Shown here: positions 46,520-55,454 of the stretch, in pieces
Position numbering within the stretch: position 1 is the stretch's first letter
How the letters are laid out: the number at the start of each line of letters is the position of its first letter
From: Bdellovibrionales bacterium
GTDB taxonomy: Bacteria; Bdellovibrionota; Bdellovibrionia; Bdellovibrionales; UBA1609
Direction of reading: 5' to 3'
DNA length: 64,000 nt
Assembly: GCA_965226095.1 (NCBI GenBank)
Contig: OZ245336.1
Span: 690,467 to 754,466, forward strand
The notes under the pieces: generated by a model
Told to the model about the DNA's origin: nothing
The model's input: only the letters and a program-made list of their open reading frames with translations
The model's database searches: none
Program-made: the position numbers and the translations under genes

Positions 46520-47557
46520 TTAGAGGTTTTCTACATTTTCAGGGTTTTGCATTTCCTGTAAAGAGGGGAGGCTGGAAATAGGAGAAAGGTCAAAAAAGTT
46601 TGCAGGATTGCCTTTGATTCTGGCCAGATATCGCCAACTGCCGTTGGGATTTTGAGAGGCTACAGATTCAAACAACAAACCCAAGAAATATACTTTTTGT
46701 CTTAAGTCATCATCCACTAAAATATCCAGTCCCATATCATAGCCTTTCACATAAACTTTGGGAAATTTGGCTCGGATGTTTTTGTTAAAAGCCAATAAGA
46801 GGTTACCTCTGGTTTTAATTTGAAAAAGATCTTTTTGTTCTCCTGCAATTAAATCAGATATCCATACTTCTTCTTTTTTGATTTTACCTGTGGAGAATAA
46901 CCTACCCCATTGAAAATCAGGAAGGGTAATCGTTCCTATTGTGCCAGGGAAAGTGTAAGAAAAATCTTTGGTTTGGATGTTGTACCCTGTCAGTTGCCAC
47001 ATTCCCTTTGGTTTGCTCTTGAAAGTTGGATCCAGTTGAAGTTCACCATAGAAATTAATTTTTCCGGAAATTTTGGATAATAGTGGCCAGACAGCAGAGA
47101 GATCTGAAGGATTCCATTGGTCAGTACTTAAAGTGATGAACCAGCCAGGTTGACTTTTTTCAATATTTTTTTTCTGAAAAGTGAATGTGATTGTGGAGTT
47201 CTTCCCTATTAAGATCACTTTTCCACCCGGTTTTAATGTAAATAAAAATCTGTAAGAAGGAGATATTTTTAGATTCTTTAATATCAGAAGTTGTTCACCT
47301 GGGTGAAGTTGAATTTTTGGATTTTTAAATACCAAGGATAAAGAAAGAGGGTTGAAGTAAAAACTGTCATAGCTGAGTTGAAAAGAGGATTTTGTTTCTG
47401 ATCTGATTTTATCGGTGAGGTATTTTATACTCTCTTCGTAGGGGAATTGAATCACAAAAAAGAAAGCACATAAAAAAAAGAAAATGAACCATTTTTTTTT
47501 ATGAAATTTTAGCCAGGACCATAATTTCTTTAAATAAATTTTTAATATAGGCATCAT
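46520..47557 (-). CDS. GspN-like type II secretion protein (positional call)
   Basis: 345 aa with a single N-terminal TM helix (WFIFFFLCAFFFVIQF) and a beta-rich periplasmic body. It overlaps the upstream gene by 4 nt. Assigned by position after the L- and M-like genes. Confidence 0.45.
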   Translation of the reverse strand: MMPILKIYLKKLWSWLKFHKKKWFIFFFLCAFFFVIQFPYEESIKYLTDKIRSETKSSFQLSYDSFYFNPLSLSLVFKNPKIQLHPGEQLLILKNLKISPSYRFLFTLKPGGKVILIGKNSTITFTFQKKNIEKSQPGWFITLSTDQWNPSDLSAVWPLLSKISGKINFYGELQLDPTFKSKPKGMWQLTGYNIQTKDFSYTFPGTIGTITLPDFQWGRLFSTGKIKKEEVWISDLIAGEQKDLFQIKTRGNLLLAFNKNIRAKFPKVYVKGYDMGLDILVDDDLRQKVYFLGLLFESVASQNPNGSWRYLARIKGNPANFFDLSPISSLPSLQEMQNPENVENL

Positions 47558-48300
47558 TTTTCAATTTCTACTTTCTTTGCTGGCTTTAATTTTTCTTTTC
47601 CTTCCAGTTTTTTTCTTTTTTCTTTTTTTTGTAGAGGTTTCTTAAGCTTCTGTTTTGGGAAATTTGTTTTTTGTAGAGAGTTATTTGATGTCAAAGAGAA
47701 TAAACTGAGTGTATAGACGGCATTAAAGTAATTTTCTTTTTGTTTGTTTTCTGTAATGTCCATATTAACAACCTTTAAGTTGTTATTTAATGTTTCCAGT
47801 TGATGTCCATAATTAATCAGTTCTTTTAAGTTTAAGTTGTTTAATTCTACGAGAACACTTTCTGTACGAACAGGTGTTTTTAGTTCTTTGAGATTTTGTC
47901 CTTTGGTTTGAGTGATGGTTGTAATTTGTTCCTTAGGAAGGCCAATCGTTTCACTTCTTTGAGAAATAAAATTCTTTAAATTACGAGGGTTGTTTTGTTG
48001 TAAACCGGAGGATGTACGACGTATGTCAGACAGACTAAGCAACTCCTGAATCAGGTGTTTTTTATCTGTAAAATCTTTCATATTTCCCCATGAAGCATAG
48101 AGATAAGAGAAAGGAGAATACAAAAGTACAATCAATAAAAGGAGACTGGCTACCCCATTAACAATTTTTTTATGCAAGGGTTGCAGGTGTTCATATTTTT
48201 CTTTTATATAGTGAAACCATGTACTGTTTTCCAGGTATATATAGATGGTTTTATATAAATTGATCAATTCTTCTTTTAAAATATTAATATTGATATTCAT
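47554..48300 (-). CDS. GspM-like type II secretion protein (positional call)
   Basis: 248 aa, bitopic (TM helix VASLLLLIVLLYSPFSYLY), with a Lys-rich tail. It overlaps both neighbours by 4 nt. Confidence 0.4.
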   Translation of the reverse strand: MNININILKEELINLYKTIYIYLENSTWFHYIKEKYEHLQPLHKKIVNGVASLLLLIVLLYSPFSYLYASWGNMKDFTDKKHLIQELLSLSDIRRTSSGLQQNNPRNLKNFISQRSETIGLPKEQITTITQTKGQNLKELKTPVRTESVLVELNNLNLKELINYGHQLETLNNNLKVVNMDITENKQKENYFNAVYTLSLFSLTSNNSLQKTNFPKQKLKKPLQKKEKRKKLEGKEKLKPAKKVEIEK

Positions 48301-50258
48301 ATCTTGGCCTTTTTTTGAATAAATGAATATTTGAAAAAAACTTTATCAGAAGCAGTTTTTAATTTCTCTGGTGTTTCTTTATTTTCTGATGTTTCTGTAA
48401 GAGTAGCCTTATCAGTAAGGGCAATATTGTCAGTTTTTAGTTTTTCTGGTGTTTCTTTAGTTTTTGATGTTTCTGTAAGAGTAGCCTTGTCAGTAAGGGC
48501 AATATTGTCAGTTTTTAGGTTTTCTGGTGTTTCTTTAGTTTTTGATGTTTCAGTAAGGGCAATATTGTCAGTTTGTTCTGGTTTTTGAGTGGCTACTTTA
48601 GAATTTTTTTCTTCTATATTTTTCGATGTTTCTGCGATAGATGGAGACTGGATTAAATCAGCAGAAAAGTTTTTAAAGGTATTTGCCACAGCTAGCTCTT
48701 TTAACTGTTTTTTTAAATCTTCGACATATAAAGGTGATATTTCACCTTCAATCTGAATTTTATTATCTTTAATGTTCAATTGTTTTATGTCCATATCCCA
48801 TTTTTCATTTTTTTTAATAGCTGTACTCAGATTTTTTATTCTGTCCAGAGCGGAAGGTAATCGTTTTAATTCTTTACTTAACTCACTATGTTTTAAAATA
48901 TTTTTTTGATTCTCCATAAAAGTTTTTACTTTTTCGATACTTATATTTTTTGGGGAAAGTCCGGCTGTACGTATGCTTTCTCTTCGAAAAATATTCTGTA
49001 TTTTATTGGAAAGTGTTTCTGATTGTTGTGCTCTTAAAAAAGAATAAAGGTTCAAAAAAAACAGCCCGGCAATGATGAGTAGAAGATTTTGTTTCCATCG
49101 GGGAGAAATAGCTGCTATGGGATTGATCTTGACAGCGAGGTCTCCTTTTAAAAAATTAATTGCTGGATTTCTGATATTTTTCATTCCTTCCAAAGCTGTT
49201 CCCAGTGCAGTAATTAGATTATTTTGTTGTTGTTCATTGTTTCGAAGATTCCAGTCTGGATAACCTGGAGGGTGTTCCACACGAGAGCAAGGTAGATTCA
49301 ATTCCTTGGATAAAAAAGCCTGTAGGTTTCTGATTTGAGCGCCTCCGCCGGTGATGAATAATTTTTTGCAGTTATATTTTTTTTCACCCTGAAGCTCCAG
49401 CAAAAGAAGTTGAATTTTATGAACTAGAATACCCAAAGGTTCCTGAATGGCTTTGGAAAACTCAATTTGACTTCCTGTGTAGCCTTTGTCTTGACTAAGC
49501 ACAAAAGCCTTTTCACAGAATTGTTCCATAGCTGAGTGAAATGGAATTTCATACTTGAGTGCAATTTTTCGAACACAAGCTGAAACTCCCCATTCAAAAC
49601 TATACACATTTTCCATCAACCCTTGTGAGAAGATCATAATCATGGTGTGTGTGTGGCCTATTTTTACATAGAGGTCACATTCTTTATGTGGAGCTTGTTT
49701 TTCATCTGTTGTGTTTTGTTCACTTTGTTCTTTCTGTTTTTTGTGTTCTTTTTCCGGCTTTTTTTCAAATAGGTTGGAAACAGCAGAAGCTTCACAGCTA
49801 ATAATAAAGGGTTGAATTCCAAGTTTATTGACAGTTTCAATGAGTTTGACAATATTTTCCCTGAAGCTGGAAAAAACCAAAACAGTTGCACTGTTTTCTG
49901 ATCTATCGATGATTTTAACATCTGAAATAAGAACTTCTTTGGTAAAAAGAGCCAATTTGTCTTCAATTTCAAAGGGAAGACTTTTTTTAATCTTATATCT
50001 TTCTTTAAACGGAAAGTATAATGTGTGCACACTGATTTCATTTTGTGGACAACAAAAAATATATTTTACTTCCCGATTTTTATATAAATCCACCAGGCTT
50101 TTTAAATAACTTAAGGCACTTAATTCTTTTTGCTCTTCACTATCATCCGGTTTGATAGGGAAATAGTGAGTTTGTAGAATACTAAAGGTTTTCCCACTGG
50201 TCTTTATTGCCACTGCCTTTAAAGCACAGGAACCGAAGTCTATACCAATAAAAATCAC
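48297..50258 (-). CDS. GspL-like / PilM-PilN-fusion-like T2SS assembly protein with C-terminal tandem repeats
   Basis: 653 aa. Actin-like N-terminus IFIGIDFGSCALKAVAI and ITGGGAQIRNL, a central TM helix (LLLIIAGLFFLNLYSFL), a periplasmic domain, then 26-aa repeats (TETSKTKETPEKLKTDNIALTDKATL). Confidence 0.65.
   Translation of the reverse strand: MIFIGIDFGSCALKAVAIKTSGKTFSILQTHYFPIKPDDSEEQKELSALSYLKSLVDLYKNREVKYIFCCPQNEISVHTLYFPFKERYKIKKSLPFEIEDKLALFTKEVLISDVKIIDRSENSATVLVFSSFRENIVKLIETVNKLGIQPFIISCEASAVSNLFEKKPEKEHKKQKEQSEQNTTDEKQAPHKECDLYVKIGHTHTMIMIFSQGLMENVYSFEWGVSACVRKIALKYEIPFHSAMEQFCEKAFVLSQDKGYTGSQIEFSKAIQEPLGILVHKIQLLLLELQGEKKYNCKKLFITGGGAQIRNLQAFLSKELNLPCSRVEHPPGYPDWNLRNNEQQQNNLITALGTALEGMKNIRNPAINFLKGDLAVKINPIAAISPRWKQNLLLIIAGLFFLNLYSFLRAQQSETLSNKIQNIFRRESIRTAGLSPKNISIEKVKTFMENQKNILKHSELSKELKRLPSALDRIKNLSTAIKKNEKWDMDIKQLNIKDNKIQIEGEISPLYVEDLKKQLKELAVANTFKNFSADLIQSPSIAETSKNIEEKNSKVATQKPEQTDNIALTETSKTKETPENLKTDNIALTDKATLTETSKTKETPEKLKTDNIALTDKATLTETSENKETPEKLKTASDKVFFKYSFIQKKAKI
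48364..48578. repeat. 78-bp tandem repeat (2 full copies plus one copy with an 18-bp deletion) inside the GspL-like gene
   Basis: The anchor CTGGTGTTTCTTTA recurs at 48368, 48446 and 48524 (period 78 bp = 26 codons). The third copy lacks TGTAAGAGTAGCCTTGTC. Confidence 0.85.
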
Positions 50259-50299
50259 GAAGAATCCTCCTGGAAAGCTTATCTTATTAGATTATCTCT

Positions 50300-51571
50300 T
50301 CAGGAGCTTTCTTTCCAGTAAATTATTGTAGGGGCCTGATTAGATTCTGTGGGGCTTTGTGGGCTGGTGGTTGTTTCATTAGTAGGTCTGGGTTGTGATT
50401 TTTGTTCTCGTTCAGGATTTCTTTGTTGCCTTTTTATGTCTGCGTTAAGAAGTTCATCAAAGTGCTTGGATACAAATGCGGAATCAAAATATAGGGCAGT
50501 AATGATTTTTATAGAATTTTGGGAGATCCCTATGCTTTCCACTTGAAAATTATGTGGAGCATTAAAATTTAAATAAGAGCTGTTTTCTTTATCTTGTAAT
50601 AATTCCTGATCCAGATGTTGAAGGCCTCGAGAATTTAAAAAGTTTGCAAAAGTTTGTTGTGTAAACAGAAGATGACTGGAAGTTTGTGCAAAAACTTCCT
50701 CAGCTACTTCCAAGGGTAGACCCAAAGCCTGTAATAATTCTATAGAAGCTGTATTGATATTTAGTCCTTTTTCTCCATGGATGGTGACAAAGGGTTTAAT
50801 TTTTTCATATAAGGTATCATTCATACCCGGTACCTGGTGTAATTCTGTCAGGCTAATAAAAGATCGATTGGGAGGTGCTGGGTTATCATCACTGGCCCCT
50901 GTTTCCGGTAGTGAAGATTGTCCGGCCAGACTATTCGGATCGATCCAATCTGCAATATTGGATAAAATATCTGTGATTTGAGCCTCATCCAATATTTCGT
51001 CTGGATTTATTTCGTCTGGATTTTGATTTTCTTCGTTTAACTGTAATTGTTGTATAAGTTGAAAAAGAATTTTAAAGGTCCACTTTCTCAATGAAGGAAT
51101 AGGAGAGGCTAAATCATTTAAGTCAATGCGGCTCGCTGTGGCAGTGATCACAGTGTTGTATTTTATATCTTGCATTAAAGAGTTGCCGCTTAATTTGGAG
51201 ATTTCCTCAGCAGAGGATTGTCCCTCATTTTCATCCATCAATACTGGTGGCCAGTTAAAAGGAATTTTCCATATTAAATCTATATAGGATTGGAAAGATT
51301 TTAATGTACTGCCATATTTTTTCGTAATGGTTCGATAATTTTTTATTCTTAATAAGCTGATTTCCATACCGGCTTTGGCGGCATAATAGGCTTTTAAAGA
51401 GTGGAATTCTGATACAGTGGATCGATACTCAGTTTGTGTATTAAAAATGGTTTCCTGAATAATACTTACTACCAGTACGGTTCCTGATAACACCATAATC
51501 AGTGCCAAGCCTTTTGATTGTTTAAGTGGTCGAAAGCAAAATTGATAGATTTGTTTTATTGTTTGTTTCAT
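50300..51571 (-). CDS. gspK: Type II secretion minor pseudopilin GspK
   Basis: 423 aa. N-terminal SKGLALIMVLSGTVLVVSII, the KAYYAAKAGMEISLLRI motif, and HhH-like INTASIELLQALGLPLEVAEEVF. Confidence 0.8.
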   Translation of the reverse strand: MKQTIKQIYQFCFRPLKQSKGLALIMVLSGTVLVVSIIQETIFNTQTEYRSTVSEFHSLKAYYAAKAGMEISLLRIKNYRTITKKYGSTLKSFQSYIDLIWKIPFNWPPVLMDENEGQSSAEEISKLSGNSLMQDIKYNTVITATASRIDLNDLASPIPSLRKWTFKILFQLIQQLQLNEENQNPDEINPDEILDEAQITDILSNIADWIDPNSLAGQSSLPETGASDDNPAPPNRSFISLTELHQVPGMNDTLYEKIKPFVTIHGEKGLNINTASIELLQALGLPLEVAEEVFAQTSSHLLFTQQTFANFLNSRGLQHLDQELLQDKENSSYLNFNAPHNFQVESIGISQNSIKIITALYFDSAFVSKHFDELLNADIKRQQRNPEREQKSQPRPTNETTTSPQSPTESNQAPTIIYWKESS

Positions 51572-52431
51572 TCTTGTGACACCATTAAAGAAAAATATTC
51601 CTGATAGATAGGTATCATAATATTATGTTTAATCAGTTTGGTTTTTTCATTTTCATATTCTATATTTAATTTAATAATCGCCGGAAGATTTTTATTTTTA
51701 CCTTGGTCCGTTTGCCACTCATTACTCCATTCATCTTTAAAAATGTTAAAATAGGATATTTGAAATTTTTTAATTCGTTCCAGTAAAACCAGTTCCTCTT
51801 GAGAATCGGATTCTTCAGGATTATCATCTACAACAGAAGAACTGCTTCTCCACAGGCAGTCGTTGCTTGTTTTTTCGTTTCCCTTACAGCTTTGAATATA
51901 ATAAGCCACTTCATTTTGTTCTCCGGTTTTATCATCTGACCAAAGTCGTGTGTTGGAAAAAGTGGATATTCTCAGGCTGTTTTCATTCCCATAAAAACCA
52001 CCGGTCATGTGTATCTGAGTGGAAAGATAAGGATAAATCTGGGTTTGCTCATACTCTGTAGTGTCTATTGTGTCCAGAGTTTTTGCTCCCCGAGAAGTGC
52101 CAGTACCAAGTGGTGAACCTTCAGTTTCAGAAGTTCTCTGTATAGGAGAATTTTGTTTCTTTTCAATAAAAGAGAGATGCATTGTTGAATTCATATCCTG
52201 TATGAGAAATATATTTTTTAAATCTTTTTTTAGAATCTGTATAACATTTCGATTTAATCTTATTTCTTTGGATTTTTCTGTGATGGTTTTTCGATATTTC
52301 AAAACAGTGTCTGTCATTCTCATGAGAGAAATCGCCACAACAGCAAATAAAGATAAAGCAATGATGACTTCCAGAAGTGTCAGTCCTTTTTTATTTATTT
52401 TGAAATGCTTAAGCATGATTTTCAATTGCAA
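51568..52431 (-). CDS. gspJ: Type II secretion minor pseudopilin, GspJ-like
   Basis: Prepilin-type N-terminus KKGLTLLEVIIALSLFAVVAISL. Position between the I-like and K genes. It overlaps gspK by 4 nt and is larger (287 aa) than the roughly 200 aa I recall for GspJ. Confidence 0.7.
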   Translation of the reverse strand: MQLKIMLKHFKINKKGLTLLEVIIALSLFAVVAISLMRMTDTVLKYRKTITEKSKEIRLNRNVIQILKKDLKNIFLIQDMNSTMHLSFIEKKQNSPIQRTSETEGSPLGTGTSRGAKTLDTIDTTEYEQTQIYPYLSTQIHMTGGFYGNENSLRISTFSNTRLWSDDKTGEQNEVAYYIQSCKGNEKTSNDCLWRSSSSVVDDNPEESDSQEELVLLERIKKFQISYFNIFKDEWSNEWQTDQGKNKNLPAIIKLNIEYENEKTKLIKHNIMIPIYQEYFSLMVSQE

Positions 52432-52439
52432 AGCCCTCT

Positions 52440-52955
52440 TTAGTTTAAGTTCAATTCCGGTTTTTGAGTATAATCTACAATGTAAGTGGACAGCGAATAA
52501 GAGTTTTTCCTATTATTTTTGTTAAAGTGAATGGTTAATTTTACTTCCAGTATCGAAGAAGATAAAAGTTTTTGAATATTTCCAATCACCTGTTCGGCCA
52601 TCTCATTGTTTACTTCTCCGAGCAGATTTAGCATCTGTTGAGGATTGGGTAATTCTATGGGTTGTGTTTTTACACTCCAGGAAAAATGTTTTTCATTTTC
52701 AAAATCCCCTTCCTCTGAATCGGGAATGGTATGGAGGGCTTTTTTACTCCATTCAAATTCCAGTTCGGTTATTTTATTTTCCAATAGTTCTATAGCTTTT
52801 TGATAATGCTGAATTTTTTCTATCCTTTGTAAGTTTCCGGATCTGATGTTTGACAAAATCACTGCCATACTGGAAAAAATAATAAGAGCGACCAGTATCT
52901 CTACCAGAGTGAATCCCTTTTTTTGTTTCAGTTTTTGTAACTGCACATTCATCAC
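52440..52955 (-). CDS. gspI: Type II secretion minor pseudopilin, GspI-like
   Basis: Prepilin-type N-terminus KKGFTLVEILVALIIFSSMAVIL. Assigned by order in the operon. Confidence 0.7.
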   Translation of the reverse strand: MMNVQLQKLKQKKGFTLVEILVALIIFSSMAVILSNIRSGNLQRIEKIQHYQKAIELLENKITELEFEWSKKALHTIPDSEEGDFENEKHFSWSVKTQPIELPNPQQMLNLLGEVNNEMAEQVIGNIQKLLSSSILEVKLTIHFNKNNRKNSYSLSTYIVDYTQKPELNLN

Positions 52956-52959
52956 TAGT

Positions 52960-53547
52960 TCATTGCCTTTGTAAATCTGTTAAATGTTTTTCACCACTCA
53001 ATACGGTCAGTTCTCCATGAAAGCGATCGATAAAAACAGACCAGTGTTTTTTTTCAGATTTTAATTTTAAAAGTATCTGACTGGTTTGGCCTTCTGGGAA
53101 GTAATAGATGTAAGCTTTTCCACTTAATACTTCCTGATTATTTTTACTATACTCAACACCCGTAAACTGTAAATTTCCTGGTAAATATTGAGGTTCTTCA
53201 GAAAAACCCGGAGCTGTAATAAACACTGTTGTTTCTTTAGAGGAATCTGTATTGTCTTTCTCTGAAAAATCAGTAGTGGAAAGCAATGCATGATCTGTTT
53301 TTTGTTCCACCCACCAGGTGGTGCCATCTTCATCATCCATGTCGATCACCAGTCGATAAGTAATTTTGTTTAACTTAGCATAGCTGTCCAATTGCCTATT
53401 CAAAGCAATCAGTTGTCTGAATGTTTTTTTTATGCTGTTTTCCTGTCGATTAACAAAAGATACTCCCAGTCCCAATGAAGTGGCTAGAATCACTACAACA
53501 ATCAGTAATTCCAGTAGAGTTAATCCTCTATTGGATAGTTTTTTCAT
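52960..53547 (-). CDS. gspH: Type II secretion minor pseudopilin, GspH-like
   Basis: Prepilin-type N-terminus NRGLTLLELLIVVVILATSLGL. It overlaps gspG by 4 nt. Confidence 0.7.
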   Translation of the reverse strand: MKKLSNRGLTLLELLIVVVILATSLGLGVSFVNRQENSIKKTFRQLIALNRQLDSYAKLNKITYRLVIDMDDEDGTTWWVEQKTDHALLSTTDFSEKDNTDSSKETTVFITAPGFSEEPQYLPGNLQFTGVEYSKNNQEVLSGKAYIYYFPEGQTSQILLKLKSEKKHWSVFIDRFHGELTVLSGEKHLTDLQRQ

Positions 53548-54002
53548 AACTCCAATGAAGAAAGATCTTCTGAGTAACCTTCACCACCTTCTTTGCCACC
53601 TTGGCCTAAGCTGATGATTTCGTACTTGCCGGTGGATTCATCAAAGGAGTAGATGAACTCATTTTTCCAAGGATCTTTGGGGATTCTGCCGTTTTTCAAA
53701 TAAGCTTCCGGTCCCCAGGATTCACATTCAGCTGGCGCCAGCACTAAGGCGGAGAGACCATCAGCATTTGAAGGGTAAAAAGAACAGTCCAGATAAAAAG
53801 TATCTACGGCTTCTGATATGCGGCTGATGAGAATTTTTGCCTGATCCACTTTTGATCGTTCCAGTCTTGGGAAAATCACTCCTATCATAGTTGCAAAAAT
53901 TCCGGCAATAATGGCCACAACGGCGATCACTTCCAATAAGGTCATTCCTTTATTGGTTTTTAATATTTTATTCCAGTTTTTTTTACGTGCATTGATTAAC
54001 AT
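53544..54002 (-). CDS. gspG: Type II secretion major pseudopilin GspG
   Basis: NKGMTLLEVIAVVAIIAGI prepilin motif, DPWKNEFIY, and the calcium-site tail SLGQGGKEGGEGYSEDL typical of GspG. Confidence 0.92.
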   Translation of the reverse strand: MLINARKKNWNKILKTNKGMTLLEVIAVVAIIAGIFATMIGVIFPRLERSKVDQAKILISRISEAVDTFYLDCSFYPSNADGLSALVLAPAECESWGPEAYLKNGRIPKDPWKNEFIYSFDESTGKYEIISLGQGGKEGGEGYSEDLSSLEL

Positions 54003-54031
54003 TTGCTCCTCCTGTGCTCTTTTTATTTAAT

Positions 54032-55243
54032 TTAGGAAATCTGGTTGTACATATTGAGTATGGGAACCATTACGGAAAAAATAATAAATGCCACGATTCC
54101 TCCCATGATCATTATCATAGACGGGCCTAAAAGAGAAGTTAAAGTGTTGATTTCTGTTTTTACCTGAAAATCATAGGCTTCACTGATTTTTAATAACATA
54201 TTTTCCAGTTCTCCTGTTTTTTCGCCCACTTTGATCATTTGAATGGTCATGGGTGGAAATTGTTTGGATTTTTCCAATGGCGCCGCAATGGATTCTCCTT
54301 CTCGAATATTGGTTCTGGCATTTTGAATAGCTTCTTTTAAAATAACATTTTTAGCTACATTTTGCACAATATCCATAGAGAGCAACATGGGAACTCCTCC
54401 TTCCAATAAAGTGGCAAGAGTTCTACTAAAACGGGAAATGGCTGCAGAGCGAATAAGCTTACCCATAACAGGTAATTGTAAATAGAGAGTATCCAACTTG
54501 TATCGACCTTTAATTGTTTGTGACCATCGTTTTATGAAGAAGGCAGCGATGCCTAGTATAGCTAGAATTATGGGCCATGAAGTGACAATGAGATTACTAA
54601 AAGACATGACTACTTGAGTGTGCCATGGGAGGAGATTTTCATCTTCAAATAAAACAGTGATTTTTGGAATGATATAAATAAATAAAAACAGGACAATAAA
54701 AAAAGTAAACACAGTGATCAGTAAGGGATAGGCGAGAGTGGATCGAATTTTATTAGTTAATTCCGCCTGACTTTCAGTAAATTCCGCCAATTTTAGAAGC
54801 ACCATATCCAGGGTGCCGGAATTTTCCCCTGCCTCACACATGGAGATATAAGTGGTATCAAAAATTTTGGGATACTTTTGTAAAGCTTTATAAAAAGGCT
54901 GTCCTTCATTAACTTGGTTTTTAATGTGTCCAAGTGCCGGTCCTAAAACCGGATGGTTGATTTGTTTGGTAATGGTGGAGAGGGAATCCACCAAAGGTAC
55001 ATTGGCTCTCAATAGCGTGGCTAGCAGACGGGTCATCGTGCAAAGGGTTTTTATGTCTACCCGATTTCTGGAAAACAAGCTCGACTTTTTTTTATGCTTG
55101 CTTTTTTGTTTATCCTTTAAGTCCACTATAAAGATATTGTCTTTTTTTAAAAGAACTTTGGCATTTTGTGAATTGTCAGCGCTGATGGAGCCGCTGACAT
55201 TACGACCTTCCTTATTTATTCCTTTGTATTCAAAGACTGGCAT
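54032..55243 (-). CDS. gspF: Type II secretion inner-membrane platform protein GspF
   Basis: MPVFEYKGINKEGRNVSGSI N-terminus, the duplicated GspF/PilC domain architecture, and three TM segments. Confidence 0.93.
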   Translation of the reverse strand: MPVFEYKGINKEGRNVSGSISADNSQNAKVLLKKDNIFIVDLKDKQKSKHKKKSSLFSRNRVDIKTLCTMTRLLATLLRANVPLVDSLSTITKQINHPVLGPALGHIKNQVNEGQPFYKALQKYPKIFDTTYISMCEAGENSGTLDMVLLKLAEFTESQAELTNKIRSTLAYPLLITVFTFFIVLFLFIYIIPKITVLFEDENLLPWHTQVVMSFSNLIVTSWPIILAILGIAAFFIKRWSQTIKGRYKLDTLYLQLPVMGKLIRSAAISRFSRTLATLLEGGVPMLLSMDIVQNVAKNVILKEAIQNARTNIREGESIAAPLEKSKQFPPMTIQMIKVGEKTGELENMLLKISEAYDFQVKTEINTLTSLLGPSMIMIMGGIVAFIIFSVMVPILNMYNQIS

Positions 55244-55347
55244 AGCATTATCCTGTTGTAGGTGATGCTACTTGCTGTCAGTGGTGTATGTAAAGATTTC
55301 AGGTGCTTGTGACGCTTCGCTTAGGTGCGCTTAAAAAATTCATGAAC

Positions 55348-55375
55348 AGAAAAGTCCCTTGGAGGCTTTCAGGGT
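55348..55375. repeat. Degenerate copy D of the palindromic repeat
   Basis: GAAAAGTCCCTTGGAGGCTTTCAGGG aligns with the GAAAAGTCTCTTGGGGACTTTTCAAGGG core of copy A with several mismatches. It lies in the 211-bp gap upstream of gspF. Confidence 0.5.
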
Positions 55376-55454
55376 GTTTTTCAGGTTATAGAAACATAGG
55401 ATGAAAACGCTGTTGTTTTACACTAACTCTCCTGAACCTAAGTATGTGTTTTCT

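Noticed and set aside
48331-48588. A regularly spaced 78-bp repeat that could superficially suggest a CRISPR-like array, plus an 85-aa + strand ORF across it.
   Set aside because: The repeats are contiguous with no unique spacers. They are in frame within the GspL-like gene and encode a 26-aa peptide repeat. The + strand ORF is their antisense shadow.
49664-55265. Long alternative or antisense ORFs within the T2SS genes (for example 49664..50041, 49828..50109, 52061..52525, 54924..55265).
   Set aside because: Each is fully contained in, or antisense to, a gene with clear pseudopilin, GspF, GspK or GspL-like features, and none has an independent signal.
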